Positions 26,519 through 38,792 of a stretch of DNA of 64,000 nt are shown here, one piece after another. This DNA is from Eledone cirrhosa (Eukaryota). The stretch is taken from positions 1-64,000 of the forward strand of contig CAXHJY010001675.1 in NCBI GenBank assembly GCA_964016885.1. Reading direction: 5' to 3'. Position 1 is the stretch's first letter. Every line of letters starts with the position of its first letter. The translations under genes and the position numbers were made by a program. The notes below the pieces were generated by a model. It ran no database searches and was not told where the DNA came from. It was given only the letters and a program-made list of their open reading frames with translations.

Positions 26519-27283
26519 TCCGAGGAATGTGTAGCCAAAAAACCAATGGTAAAATGTGGACTTATATTCAGCGTCTATATTTTGACGATTTTCACCAACT
26601 CCAAATTCTACGTAAATAAGGTGCTAAAATATCTGGAGTGATTATTTCACAATAAAACACTGTTTTTCTACATTTACTATATTGTCAGTTTTATTTATGC
26701 ATTGCCTTGAGAACATTCCCAACAAATATTTGAACTTTTTAAGACATAAATATCCCCTACACATATATGCATGTGCAGCAACCATTTTTCTCTGACTAAA
26801 TTATACTTTTTCTTTCAATCTTGATTTGTTTTATTTTGCTTGCTCTCTCTTGCTTGTTGTCTCTTTCCTCCCTCTTCTACTCTGAATCCTTACACAGTGT
26901 TCTCTTAGTTGATCTCTTTCAACTATTCCATTTTTATTTTTATTTCCACCACCACCAAGGGTTTTTAATGATCACCATAACAGTTAAAGAAAGTCTTTTT
27001 TTTTTAAATAATACCTTAAACTAAAAATATATCTCTATTTCTTTATATTGTATTAATATGAAATTTTCTCATGCTTTTATTTTCTAATTATAAAGAAATA
27101 AAAACGACACTTAAACATTTTAAATATCAAAACATTAAATCTTCATAAATATTTTCTCCACTCGTGAGAATTTCAAAACCGTGCCATATGTGTTAAGCTG
27201 CCTTGGCTTATAAACAGAGTTTGGACTTTTGCTGATTTCTAAGACATAAAGTTGGATTGTGGGTGGGGGCTGCTTATATATGG
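26499..27283. mobile_element. 785-bp Tc1/pogo-type non-autonomous DNA transposon inserted in ZNF B
   Basis: TA duplications at 26497-98 and 27284-85; ends CCATATATA / TATATATGG; removing it restores [23 protein letters not shown]. Confidence 0.85.
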
Positions 27284-27285
27284 TA

Positions 27286-27470
27286 AGTCATGTCATGGTG
27301 ATATATGTGGTAAATCATTCTCTGAAAGAAGCCAGTTAGCTACTCACGTGTGTATTCACACAGGAAAGACTCTATAACACTGATGGCTGAGGTAAATTTT
27401 CTCTTTAAAATCTAACTTAGACACAAGCATCATCACAGATGAGAAAAGCCATATTGCTCGTATGTAAATC
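27286..27470 (+). pseudogene. Orphaned, decayed 3' fingers of ZNF B
   Basis: ATATGTGGTAAATCATTCTCTGAAAGAAGCCAGTTAGCTACTCAC...CACACAGGA followed by stops. Confidence 0.8.
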
Positions 27471-27667
27471 TTTCTTATGCTTTTTTTTAACAAAAGATTA
27501 AGTGTAACACTGAATAGCATTGTATGAAAGATATACCTTATTTAACTAAAATTGACAAGAGAGCAGATATAACAGTGTGATAACAAACTTTGAACACTTT
27601 TATATAATGACATGTTTCTACTTTGGTGAGATTAACTTGATATAAGTATTCTTTCAAAATACTTATA

Positions 27668-28323
27668 TAAGTGAGAAATTAGGCATAAGAGGGATCAGAT
27701 GCAGTTTACTTGAGAGGATATTACATCAGTATGGTCATGTGATGCGTATGAAGGATGACAGCTGTATAAAAAAGTGCAGGGCAATCAAAATTGATGAAGC
27801 TATGGGGTAGGTAGATCAGAAAAACCTGAGACGAGGTGATAAAAGCTGACCTTGCACACTTGCACCTCTCTAAGACAATGTCACAGGATTGAGATCTTTG
27901 GCGCTTTGTAGTAATACAGAAAACCCGTCTTCCCTTACGTGTGAACTTAAACCTACAGCCAGTAGGCACCTCTTAACCCAATATACACCCTACTCCTACA
28001 CCTCCCTCCCACTTCCGCTCACACCACCCTTCCTCTGTAAAGTTATGTTGGTACTACAAAACATCCAGCCGACACTGTAAACTGGTTATGTAGGTGTCAC
28101 GACGAAAAGCACCCAGTCCACACTGTAAAGGGATCATGTAGGAGACAAGGCAAAAATCATCCAGCGCACACTGTAAATGTGGTTGGTGCTAGGAAGGGCA
28201 TCTAGCCGCAGAAACAGTCTTATACGAGCGAGACACGGTCACCCGACCCAACTTGCCTCAAGTGGCACAAACCCGTCAAACCCATACTAGCATGGAAGAT
28301 AAATGTTAAACGATGATGATGAT
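27668..28323 (+). mobile_element. Decayed RTE 3' end, UTR and (GAT)n tail
   Basis: GGTCATGTGATGCGTATGAAGGATGACAGC plus shared UTR. Confidence 0.85.
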
Positions 28324-28364
28324 ATATTCCATTTTTAAAAATTTAGAGAAGGAGAAACAGTCGT

Positions 28365-30178
28365 GTTGATATTTTCGTCAATGTGGACAAGCAACTATCC
28401 CTGAGATTACCTTCAGGGATAGTTGCTTGGATGATGGATCATGCCTTAACCACTCGTATTGTAAACCAAGTAATACAAAATGGTGCCATACCAATGACTA
28501 GCATAGCAGCAGAATCGTCAACTGCTACAAGGACAAGGAGATGATCTTGACAAAGAAAACTATAGAGGCATCAAGTTGATTGACCAGATGATGAAGGTCA
28601 TAGAAAGAGTTATAGAACAGCTGATCAGGGACTGAGTTAACCTAGATGAGATGCAGTTTGGACTTGTGTCAGGTAAAAGTACTATTGATGTCCTCTTCCT
28701 TGTGAGGCAACTACAGAAGTACCTAACTAAAAGTAAACCCCTCTACTTGGCATTTGTTGATCTGGAGAATGCTTTTGACAGTCTCCCCTTCCATTACATG
28801 GTGGGCTCTTAGAAAACTATAAGTAAATGAGTGGCTTGCAAAAGCAGTACAAACCATGTGTAGAGGAACAGTCAGCAAAGCTAGAATTAATAACGACTAT
28901 AGCAAAGAATTTAGCATGCAGGTAGGAGTCCATCAGGGCTCTGTTCTTAGCCCTCTCCAGTTTATTATCATCCTGCAGGTTATAAAAGAAGTGTTTAAAA
29001 CTGGTTGCCCATGGGAACTTCTGAATGCAGATGATCTAACCCTTATAGCTGAATCTATGGCAGAACTAGAGAGGAAATTCCAAATCTGGAAGCAAGGCCT
29101 AGAATCTAAAGGTCTTAAAGTCAACTTGGCAAAGACGAAAGCCCTAGAATGTAGAAATGAGAACAGGGCCCAGATTCCCTCATGGAAATGGCCTTGCTCA
29201 GAGTGTAGGAAAGGAGTAGGTAGAAATTCCATCCTATGCCCCAACTGTAAACTATATACACAAGAGATGTAGTGAGATTTCAGGTAGGCTAACAATGAAT
29301 GCATGTTTTATATGTTGTTGCACAGGTGCAGTAAGTAGCAAGAGCCCACAGGATACTAGCTCCTTCAAATGTCCAGAGGTCTTGGTAGAAATAGTTGATA
29401 GTTTCTGTTACTTGGGCGACCAAATCAGCAACAAAGGTGGGTATTACAAAAGTACAGTAGCCAGAGTGAGAACAGGATGGAGAAAGTTCAGGGAGCTACT
29501 ACCATTGATAATTACTAAAGGATTTTCCCTCAAAATGAATGGTAGATTGTATGATGTGTGTATGTGAACAGCAATATTACATGGTAATGAGACCTGGGTG
29601 CTGTGTGCAGAGGACCTGCAAATATTGGAAATATGTGACGGCAAAGCATAATTGAACTGAGAGAGAAACTGGGCATAAGAGGGATTAGATGAAGTGTGCA
29701 GGAGAGAAGAATGCGTTGGTATGAACATGTGATGCATATGAAGGACGAGAGTTGTAAAAAAAGATGCAGTGCATTCAAAGTTGATGGAAGCTATGGAGTA
29801 GAAAAATTGGGGATGAAGTGATAAAAACTGACCTCACACAATTGCACCTCTTGAAGGCGATAACACAAGATCGAGATCTCTGGTGTTATGCAGTAATACA
29901 GAAGACCGGCCTTCCCCTGTGCATGGGTTGAAGCATTCATCTTGTATGCACTACCTACCCCTACCCCTTTAATACATCTCCCACATCCTAACACTCCACC
30001 CATGTCCTAACAACCCACACTTCATCCATGTCCAAACCCCCACTCAGTCCCCAGTCCACACTGCAAAGTGGTCATTTAGGTGTCACCACAAAAAGCACTC
30101 TAAATGTGGTTGGCATTAGGGAGGACATCCAGCCGTAGAAATCAAGCCAGAAATAGTTCTGTATGAGCAAGACACAGT
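28365..30178 (+). mobile_element. Older RTE copy (RT to 3' UTR) with stops and frameshifts
   Basis: VGVHQGSVLSPL, NADD, WPCSECRKGVGRN, WRKFRELLPL. Confidence 0.9.
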
Positions 30179-30240
30179 CATATATATATGTATACACACA
30201 CACATGTGTGTATATATGTATATAAATGTATGTATGTATG

Positions 30241-30269
<29 letters not shown>

Positions 30270-30273
<4 letters not shown>

Positions 30274-30600
30274 CTTTTTCATCTTAACTCTCCTGCTCTG
30301 AGCCAGTGTTACAGTAAGGTGCATACAATAGTCCACTGTAATGATAAAAAGGTAGGGAGCCAATGTATCTCCCTGGAGCACTCCAGCACGTATCTCAAAG
30401 AACTTCATCATGCCATCAGGTGTAATCACTTGGGCTTTGGTGTTGGTGTAGAGCAGTGATATCAGGTCCACTATCTTCTTGGGGATTCCATAAGCCTGTA
30501 AGATCTTCATCAGGCAGTGACGGTCCACAGAATCAATGATGCTGAATTTGCCGACGACATAGTTCTGGTACAAACAGAGTGAAGGAGGCAGAGGAGTTGA
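30270..30600 (-). mobile_element. RT fragment of a second RTE-like LINE family
   Basis: DSVDRHCLMKILQAYGIPKKIV...AGVLQGDTLAPYLF. Confidence 0.8.
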
Positions 30601-30619
30601 TGCATGAGGCGGACACTGT

Positions 30620-31310
30620 GTCGATGGGGAGGGGGGGGAATGAATGAGATTAAGATGAAGTATCTGGTAGAGAATATCAAGAAGCCAGAGATTATGAATG
30701 TAGGCGGGAAGTCCCCCCAAAGCATTTGGGATGCCATCCAGTGCAGCCTGGCCTCAGACAGGCTCACGTGCTGGGTCGACCAGCACCGCCTTGCTTATTT
30801 CATGCAGCCTCCAAACCCCACAGTGGTGCCTGGCTCCATGCCTTGCCCTCCTTCTCCACTGGCACACAGCTGGATAACGATAGCCTGCGCATCGGCGTTT
30901 CTTTGAGGCTTGGCCTCCGGATCTGCGAGCCACATAAATGTTGCTGTGGATCCACCGTGGACTCTTTCGGCCTCCACCCGCTTTCCTGTCGCCACAGTGC
31001 CGGCCGCCTTCCACGCCATGCTGCCCTCAGCAAGGTCATAAAGCATGGCTTGGATGCTCCAGGCTTCCCTTCCCAGCTCGAGCCGGTGGGACTGGACCGA
31101 GGGGATGGCATGACCATCTTCCCGTGGATGGCAGTGGAGACTTCTGGTGTCCTTGGCCCTAGGGCTACCTGCCTACTCACCACCATAGGCCCTGAGCTGG
31201 CCAGCCGCAGATGTGAGCCTCGCGAGTTGGAATGGCTCTTTCAGCGCATCTCCCTTACCATCCTCCGGGGAAACGCCTTCTCCATGCTGTCCGCCGGGGC
31301 TGTGGGGAGG
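30620..31310 (+). mobile_element. CRE-clade non-LTR retrotransposon 3' fragment (CCHC knuckle and restriction-like endonuclease, internally deleted)
   Basis: SGAWLHALP, LRLGL, C-C-G...H..SC, RH, LEPVGL, AVETSGVLG and QRISLTILRGNA are typical CRE C-terminal motifs; GC-rich. Confidence 0.82.
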
Positions 31311-31839
31311 CCAGCACGTAGGACCCCATTTGCTCACCATACGGAGAAATGGAGAGGGCCAGAGAGATGGAGGCAATGACAGTGGGAGGTCGGCTGTTCT
31401 TTCATGTTTGCTTAGGTTACAATTACATTGTGATAGAAGCTGTGATAACCCTCTAATGGCAATATTACATAGAATGTGGTTGTGACATCAAGCAGCTGAA
31501 TCAGACGATATGTTGCAGTTACTTAGCGCAAATTTTTTTCTGCCTTTGTATCACTATTTTTCTCTAAATATAGATTTTAAAGAATCCCCTTCTTTAAATC
31601 CATCAACCAATTACCCCAACCCATCCCAATCACCACCCTCTCCTACCACCAGAAAATGTATAAATACCACCATATTACATTGACAGTCGTCTTCCTGGTG
31701 ATTTCTCCCCAATGAAACAGTTCTAGTCTTGTAGAAGCCATTTCTATAGTAAGTACTTATACTCTACTATGTATTGAGTACCTTACTTACTGTGGTTACC
31801 CCCGATTGAACCTGGGATAAACACACACACACACATATA

Positions 31840-32086
31840 TGTTATATTTAAACTGAGTGTGGCTTTTCATAGATGCCGCTAAATCCCACTGCTGGTTTCT
31901 CCTCTTCCACGTGCGTCCAACTCATTAACACCGGGAGCTGCCAAAACTCATGTCCACACCATTGCTGGTCACCACTAGAGAGAAGCCGATCTGCTGGCCC
32001 TTCCGGTCGAGCATCCTTCCGGCCAAGCACCCTTCCGGTCGAGCACTCCCCTGCTTCCGGCCACCGCACGCCACACCATACCCACA
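31840..32086 (-). repeat. 3' LTR (247 bp, TG...CA)
   Basis: Direct repeat of 35659-35889; adjacent to the PPT. Confidence 0.93.
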
Positions 32087-35000
32087 CGCCCCCCTGATCT
32101 CAAGGATCAATTTCCCCCCCGTCCTTCTGCATATGAAAGTCTGCTGTCCAGGTTGGTGGTTTGCGACTTCTTTGCGATCTCCGCAGTGTTGGGCCACACT
32201 TTGGGTTTCCTCTTCCTCGGAGTCCGTTGACACAGTGATTCTACGGACATCCAGGACATGACATGGTACTCCGTCCATGGACACATTTTTCTGGGAATTT
32301 ATGGCCGTCACAGTTCCCCTTCCCCATTGAGATGTGCAACGTGCATCTGGGGGCTTAACCCAGACTTCTTCGCCCACCTGCACGAATGCACTCTCTCTCC
32401 CCACTGGCCGTTGAGGTGGCGTGCATGGGTGCCGCCACTCGTATCTGAATACTGCTCTGTGTGGCACCGATTCCTCGATCTGTCCCACCCAAGGGGACAT
32501 GTTGTACCAGAACACTGCCTCCATTGGTGAGATATGGCCCCGCTCCGCCATTGCCTTGATCGTCCGGTGGTGTCGCTCCACAATTCCATTCCCACTCAGC
32601 CTGTGCGCTGCTCTGAAGAAACGGTCCACCTTCCATCCATCGAGCATCTCCCTCAGCGCCTCCAAGCAGAACGCTGCGCTGTTGTCCATCAGCAGTTCGT
32701 CCACAGGGCCCCGCTCCAAGAACACCTCTCTCAACGTCCGCATGATTTCCTCGGAAGTTCCAGTCTTCATCTCCCTCCATATCACCATCCGTCCTGGTCC
32801 ACAGTCGACCATCGAGAGGTACGTTCCCTGTCGGTAGTGCGTTACATCCACCGCCAATCACTTCCAGTCGCGATCCACCGGGAGGCTTCCCATTTCGTGC
32901 ACATCCGGGGCGGGATCAATGGACTGACATAGGATGCAGCCTCTAACCACGCTTTGAACACTGTGTTTGTTAACGTCCGAGTCGATTCTCCTGGCTAGGA
33001 ACAGGCTCCTATCCACTCCCATGTGGTGCATGTCATGCAACCCTTCAGATCCGACTCGGTCAACCGACACACGGCAGCTATCTCATCTTCTACCTCCTCC
33101 GGCGCTTCCATCCAGGCTTTCTTCACCCTAGTTAAGACGTCCGCCCTATTTTTCTCTGAGGGCATGAAAACTACACTCAGCCTCAGGTCGAACTCGGTGG
33201 CCAGCTCTCCTAAAGTTCCCAGGCAGCGCTTTATCAGCATCTCCGCCGCCCATCTCGTTCGCACTCTCTTCTCACTGGTGAGCACTGATCTCACCCATCC
33301 GAGTACAGTAGCCGAGTCAGTGCGTATCTCTATGGTGCGCAATCCCCACCTCAGGGCGAGGTTCACCCCTCTCAACACTGCGTCCAGTTCGGCCACATTG
33401 TTGTGGTTGCTGTCGTCCTTCTTCCTAAGCCAGGCTGCATCCTCGACCTCAACACCTCGCATCTCCAACATGACACCCAGCGCTATGCTGCTGGCATCGC
33501 ACCATACGGTCCCGCTCTGCAATTTGGAACATACCAGCGTCCCCGCACTGGGTCATCGGCCTTCACCCTCCCCACGATCTCCTGCCCCCACGATCTCCTG
33601 CATCATGGCCACCGTCCTCTCTCCCACTCTGTCACTCCAAGTCACTCCTCCCGCTCGTCTCTTGACATAGCTGCATGCCGTCCATAGCCACCCAGCAATC
33701 GGGTAGTGACCCACCAACTTTCCACACACCGAGAAAAGCTCCCGCCTACTCATACTTGGGCCCAGTTCTGGAACTTCATTTCCCCTCTGGAATACCAAGA
33801 CGCCCGTCCTGTCTCGCCGTAGCCTAAGTCCCAGCGAGGCTCCTCCCTCCAACGCTTCTGACGGCTTCGCAGCCAGTCCATACCCCTGTAAATGGCTCGT
33901 GACCTCCGCCGCCAACACCACCAACTCGTCCACTAAGATGTCGTCAATGTAGGAGTTAATGGCCCTCTTCATCTTATTAGCCTTTCCCAGAATGGTCTTG
34001 AGGGCCGCCGCCACGATCTTCGGTGCAGAGCTCAGCCCGAAACCGAGCCTGGTCAGGCAATATGTCCGGCCCTTATACCTGACCAGCTGATACTGCCAGA
34101 GCTTCTCATCTATATGCAATTGCAAGTATGCTGACCTTAGATCTACGATTGCTGAACCCCCCGTCATGTGTCTCCACTCACGCAGGGTTTCCCCACAGAC
34201 ATCCGTGACCTCGCCACCCATGTGGAATGACACGCGCTCGTTCAGCTCCCGAAAGTCCAGCACCGGCCTCACCTTGTTCTTTGTGGGTTGCGCCACCGCC
34301 ATTAACAGCAATACTCCGCACTTCACCTCCTCTTTCCAGGGAAGCAGTATGCCCCCCTCAATCCATCTCTCTACCTCACGCTCAAACTCGCTCCTAATGT
34401 TTCCCTTCAATGTGTGTTGATAGCAGCCCACTTTGGTCTTCAGTTTTGGTGGTTCTCCCTTCCAGTACCACTCAACAACCCATCACTGCCCATCGAACAC
34501 GGCCTTGAAGTCTTTGTCCTGCACAGTGTAAGCGGGGTATTTCTCCTCGTGGGCCTTCTGGTTCTCCTGTCGCGTACTCACAGCGCATACCGATGCAGCG
34601 CCGTCAAATGACACACCAACGTTGTTCACTGTGATGCCTCCTAGATGGCCAATTGCGTCCATGCCCATAACCATGCCGATCCCATCCACCACGCTGTTCA
34701 CTACGATGGCAGAAAGCCTTATTTTCCTTCCCCGTACCGCTATTTCCATCTCGCTGCAACCTCGGCATTCAATTTTCCTACCATCGACTGCCCTTACGCT
34801 GCTCTTCCCTCTCCACGTCTGCACCACCCCCGCGGTCACCTGTGTCGTCGTACATATTATTTCCGGCCTTGAGTCTCTACAGTCTCTAGCCATGTGCGGG
34901 CCCTGGCACCTAAAACAGCGACCTCTAAACGTTCGCGGGCGACCGCGTGCCGTGGTTGCCTCCCTTTCACCATTTCACTGCCAGCTGTCTTGAGCCTCTG

Positions 35001-35658
35001 TAGTTGCTATCGCCTCGACACTCTTCTTGGCATCTTCTGCTATGATCCGGGCTTGTTGCACCAGTGAACGCATTTCCATTTCTTTGTAACCCGGGACTTG
35101 CTGCAGTTTCACCGCTATGTCGTCTGCAAATCCATTTATGAACGCCAACCGCACCGTGCGTTCGCATTCCACCTGATATCCAGCCAACATGGCCAATCGC
35201 CGTATTTCCGCTGCGAAAATGTCAACGCGTTCACCGTTCCATCTAATTCTTGCCAGCTTAGCGAAAGCGGCTAACGGTCCCTCTGCGAACGCTTCCATCA
35301 TGCGCCTCTCAATCTTTTGCGCATCTCTTTGGCTGTGTTCATCCAACTCAAGGAAGAGTACCAACGTGTCCCCTCGAGGTACAGTGCCATGAGGCCAGCC
35401 ACATCTTCTATCTTCTGTAAGCTTACGACCAGCCGGACTTTTCGCAGCCAAGCGACAACATCACCTTCACCGGTAAATGCCCTGATCGCTTCGCTTGTTC
35501 ATAGTCTCGTCGCCATCCTAATTTGTCTTGTGGTACGTGATAAGAAAAACAACAGACTCCTCTGTTTTTCCAGTAGCTTTTTTTTTTTTTTTCAATCAGA
35601 TCTCAGTTTCCAGTGCCGAAATAGCTTGTGGTTAGAAAAAGCTATCTCACTTACCGCT

Positions 35659-35889
35659 TTTTATATTTAAACTGAGTGTGGCTTTTCATAGGCGCCACTA
35701 AATCCCACTGCTGGTTTCTCCTCTTCCACATGCGTCCAACTCATTAATACCGGGAGCTGCCAAAACTCATGTCCACACCGTTGCTGGTCACCACTAGAGA
35801 GAGGCCGATCTGCTGGCCCTTCCAACCAAGCACCCTTCTGGTCGAGCACTCCCCCGCTTCCGGCCACCGCACGCCACACCATACCCACA
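35659..35889 (-). repeat. 5' LTR (~231 bp; inner end altered)
   Basis: Direct repeat of 31840-32086 with substitutions and a ~16-bp indel. Confidence 0.92.
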
Positions 35890-36187
35890 CTGAGCATAGA
35901 TTATATTTGAAGAGAGAATAGATTATATTTGAACTGAGCATAAATTATATTTATTCTTTTAAATTTTGCAAGTGAGGATAGAAAGTGGGTGAGGAGATGA
36001 ATAGAATTGATTGATAAATCTCTTAAAATATACTTTATATCTGAAGTAAAAGTGTCAAAATATCATTATCTCCATCCTCATCACCACCATCAGTTCACTG
36101 TTGGTGGTCAGCATGATTGTATAAAATAAGATTTTATAAGATTTTAACATGTTCAGTTTCAGATTTTAGATGAAATACAGTGGTTAT

Positions 36188-36380
36188 TATTAGTCGTTAG
36201 TAATTAATTCGTTAATCATTATTCATTGACCATTAGTCATTAATCACTAGCCATTATTCATGAATCATTATCCCTTATCCATTAATCATTAGTCATTAAT
36301 CAATATTCGTTAGTCATTAACCATTAGTCACTAATCACAAGTCATGAATCATTATTCATTAATCATTAGTCAATCAGTCA
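36188..36380. repeat. Degenerate 7-bp tandem repeat (TCATTAR)
   Basis: TCATTAA/TCATTAG/TCACTAA/TCGTTAG units. Confidence 0.85.
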
Positions 36381-36395
36381 CACACCACAAGGGTC

Positions 36396-38246
36396 ATCGG
36401 ATGCACTTGGTGGTGAATTGATGTTATTTTTGTTTTGCTTTTCTCTCGCTTTGATTATTTATTTTGGGGCATTATATTTATAAACTTCTTAACAATAATT
36501 AATTGTATATATAATTTGTGTTTATATATTCCTTCTGTAAGAATTATAAATAATTCGTAACGCTATTTATATAACTGTGAATATAAACATATTTTACCTT
36601 AAATTATATCGTGAACTGTTAAACACATAACACCGGTATCATTCAGGAAAGAGAAATATTGTGAACGATACCGCGCTCTTGCTATCTTAATTACAACTTT
36701 AATTAATCTAATTATTCTATCTTATGTAGTTATTATCTCATGTTAAGGTGAACGTTATTATTTGTAGATAACACGGGTGACCTACATGATTGAATATTTC
36801 ATTTCATCAGAAACTATGCTACATCCTGATATGGTTGTTCCACATTTTACAAAAATCACTAACGTCTGAAATATTAGCTATCCTGGCCTTTTTTGACTTT
36901 ACACTTGGATTTGAAATATATATTGTGCGCTTTTCTACATTTCGTGGTGTACAATCACGATTTATTAGGACAACCACACAGTTATATCTATATACATAGA
37001 CACACATACATTTTTTTTTCTACCCAAAAGTCACTCTTACACTGTCAAATCTATTCTCAACTTTTAAGAATTCTTTATTACTATGGAGGACGTTAAACAC
37101 TTGGACATTTCTAACTCACCTGTTTCTACAAATATGGATGCAGTTACACAGATATACAGTGGTGAGAAACCTTTACGTAGTGAAACATGTACTGAACAAG
37201 GATCATTACACAGAACTATTCCTGAATATAGTTGTGAGATTTGTAGGAAAACTTTCTCATCAGAACATGAAGTATCCACACACAACAACATACACATTAA
37301 AAACAAATCATGTCATTGTTATATATGTGGGAAATCTTTCACTAATAAATTTCATCTTGTTGAACATATACGCTGTCACACAGGAGAGAAACCGTTTCAT
37401 TGTGAAATATGTGGAAAATCTTTCCCTAATAAATCTCATCTTGTTGTCCACATACGTAGACACACTGGAGAAAGACCCTTCCATTGCGAAATATGTGGGA
37501 AATCTTTTGTCGAAAACAGCAATTTAATTGCACACAAAAGAACACACACTGGAAAAAAGCCTTATCGTTGTGAAACATGTGGGAAATCTTTCACCCAGAA
37601 TGCGAATCTTGTCGTACACATTCGTATTCATACTGGAGAAAGGCCCTTCCACTGTGAAATATGTGGGAAATCTTTCACTAATAAACATCACGTTGCTGAC
37701 CACATACGTATTCATACTGGAGAAAGGCCCTTCCACTGTGAAATATGTGGGAAATCTTTTGTCTCTAACACTAATTTAAATGTACACAAAAGTACACACA
37801 CTGGGGAAAAACACTTCCATTGTGAGATATGTGGGAAATCTTTTGTCTGTAACAGTAACTTAAATAAACACAAACAAACACACACACACTGGAGGGAAAC
37901 ATTTTAACTGCGGAACATGAGACACCCTTACTCTTAGAAATCTAAACATCCTAACTGAACCTTTAGCATTTCTACAGACTCCAAACATTGTTTGCCATTT
38001 TTTAATTAAAAACTTCTCTTTTAATTAAATTCTTCTCTTCTTAAATTGATATTAAATCGAAAACGATGTCTTCTTCATTCACAGTTGTATAAATAATGTT
38101 ACAAATTGTTTATAATTTTTACAGAATGAAAATATAAACACAAATAATATATAATTAATTATTCCTAAGAACCTTATACATATACACAAAAATATATAAT
38201 CAAAGCGAGAGCGAGAAAAAATCAATTTACCACTAAATGCGTCAAT
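36396..38246. mobile_element. Candidate TIR element (~1.85 kb) enclosing ZNF C
   Basis: Imperfect inverted arms ~36396-36582 and ~38077-38246; flanking direct repeat AGTCAC(AC)ACCACAAGGGTC at 36376-36395 and 38248-38265. Confidence 0.7.
37083..37907 (+). CDS. C2H2 zinc-finger protein C (8 fingers), a different subfamily from A and B
   Basis: 274-aa ORF; [10 protein letters not shown]...HTGE(K/R)P repeats. Confidence 0.92.
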   Translation: MEDVKHLDISNSPVSTNMDAVTQIYSGEKPLRSETCTEQGSLHRTIPEYSCEICRKTFSSEHEVSTHNNIHIKNKSCHCYICGKSFTNKFHLVEHIRCHTGEKPFHCEICGKSFPNKSHLVVHIRRHTGERPFHCEICGKSFVENSNLIAHKRTHTGKKPYRCETCGKSFTQNANLVVHIRIHTGERPFHCEICGKSFTNKHHVADHIRIHTGERPFHCEICGKSFVSNTNLNVHKSTHTGEKHFHCEICGKSFVCNSNLNKHKQTHTHWRETF

Positions 38247-38267
38247 TAGTCACACCACAAGGGTCGG

Positions 38268-38350
38268 AAATTTTTTAGACAAGCCAACACGCTTGCAACA
38301 TTACCGCGGGTGATGGCGAGGCTAAGGCGCTGAACAACCAGGCACCCTCA
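38268..38350. repeat. Unclassified dispersed repeat (inverted copy at 43578-43657)
   Basis: GGTGATGGCGAGGCTAA..CGCTG.AACAACCA is the reverse complement of TGGTTGTTCCAGCGCATTAGCCTCGCCATCACC. Confidence 0.75.
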
Positions 38351-38619
38351 TTTGCATCACCTGACACCTCGGTAAGGCAAGCCGCTAATGATAAGAACTT
38401 CGCTGTCAGCGGCCGAGTTCCACCAAACGTCTCGAACCCCAAGAATTTTGAAGGGGTTTTGTTTCTTTTGCAACACCAACATTCCCTGTTTTAATGTGTA
38501 AATAAGGTACACTCTATCACCTGATATAAAGCCGTATGTGTTTTGTCTTGCCTCAAAAAGTTGCAAACCAACATTCTATGTTGTAGTGTGCATGTATGTG
38601 TTTTTGTCTTACTATCTAA

Positions 38620-38792
38620 TAGTGAAATGTATTGAACAAGGAGCATTACACAGAAATATAGCTGTGAGATTTGTAGAAAAACCTCATCAGAAGATGAAGT
38701 ATCCACACACACAAAGACGAATACACTGGAGACAAACACTTCCATTGTGAAATATGTGGTAAATTGTTCACTAAGAAATCTCATCCTGTTGA
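38620..38792 (+). pseudogene. Relic paralogue of the ZNF C N-terminus
   Basis: GAACAAGGAGCATTACACAGAA and TCATCAGAAGATGAAGTATCCACACAC match 37195-37285; frameshifted. Confidence 0.8.

Larger units (their letters stand above)
31840..35889 (-). mobile_element. Gypsy/Ty3 LTR retrotransposon, complete layout but frameshifted
   Basis: Order gag (34975-35451; CFRCQGPHMARDC knuckle), protease, RT (33553-34431, YIDD), RNase H (WCDAS), integrase (HHCC; MDN..F, GNGIVER); PPT GAGATCAGGGGGG; PBS TGGCGACGAG at 35506-35515; two LTRs. Confidence 0.96.

Noticed and set aside
31688-31730. CTGGTGA...GAAACAGTTC hammerhead-like string
   Set aside because: Core mismatch and no convincing helix I or II.
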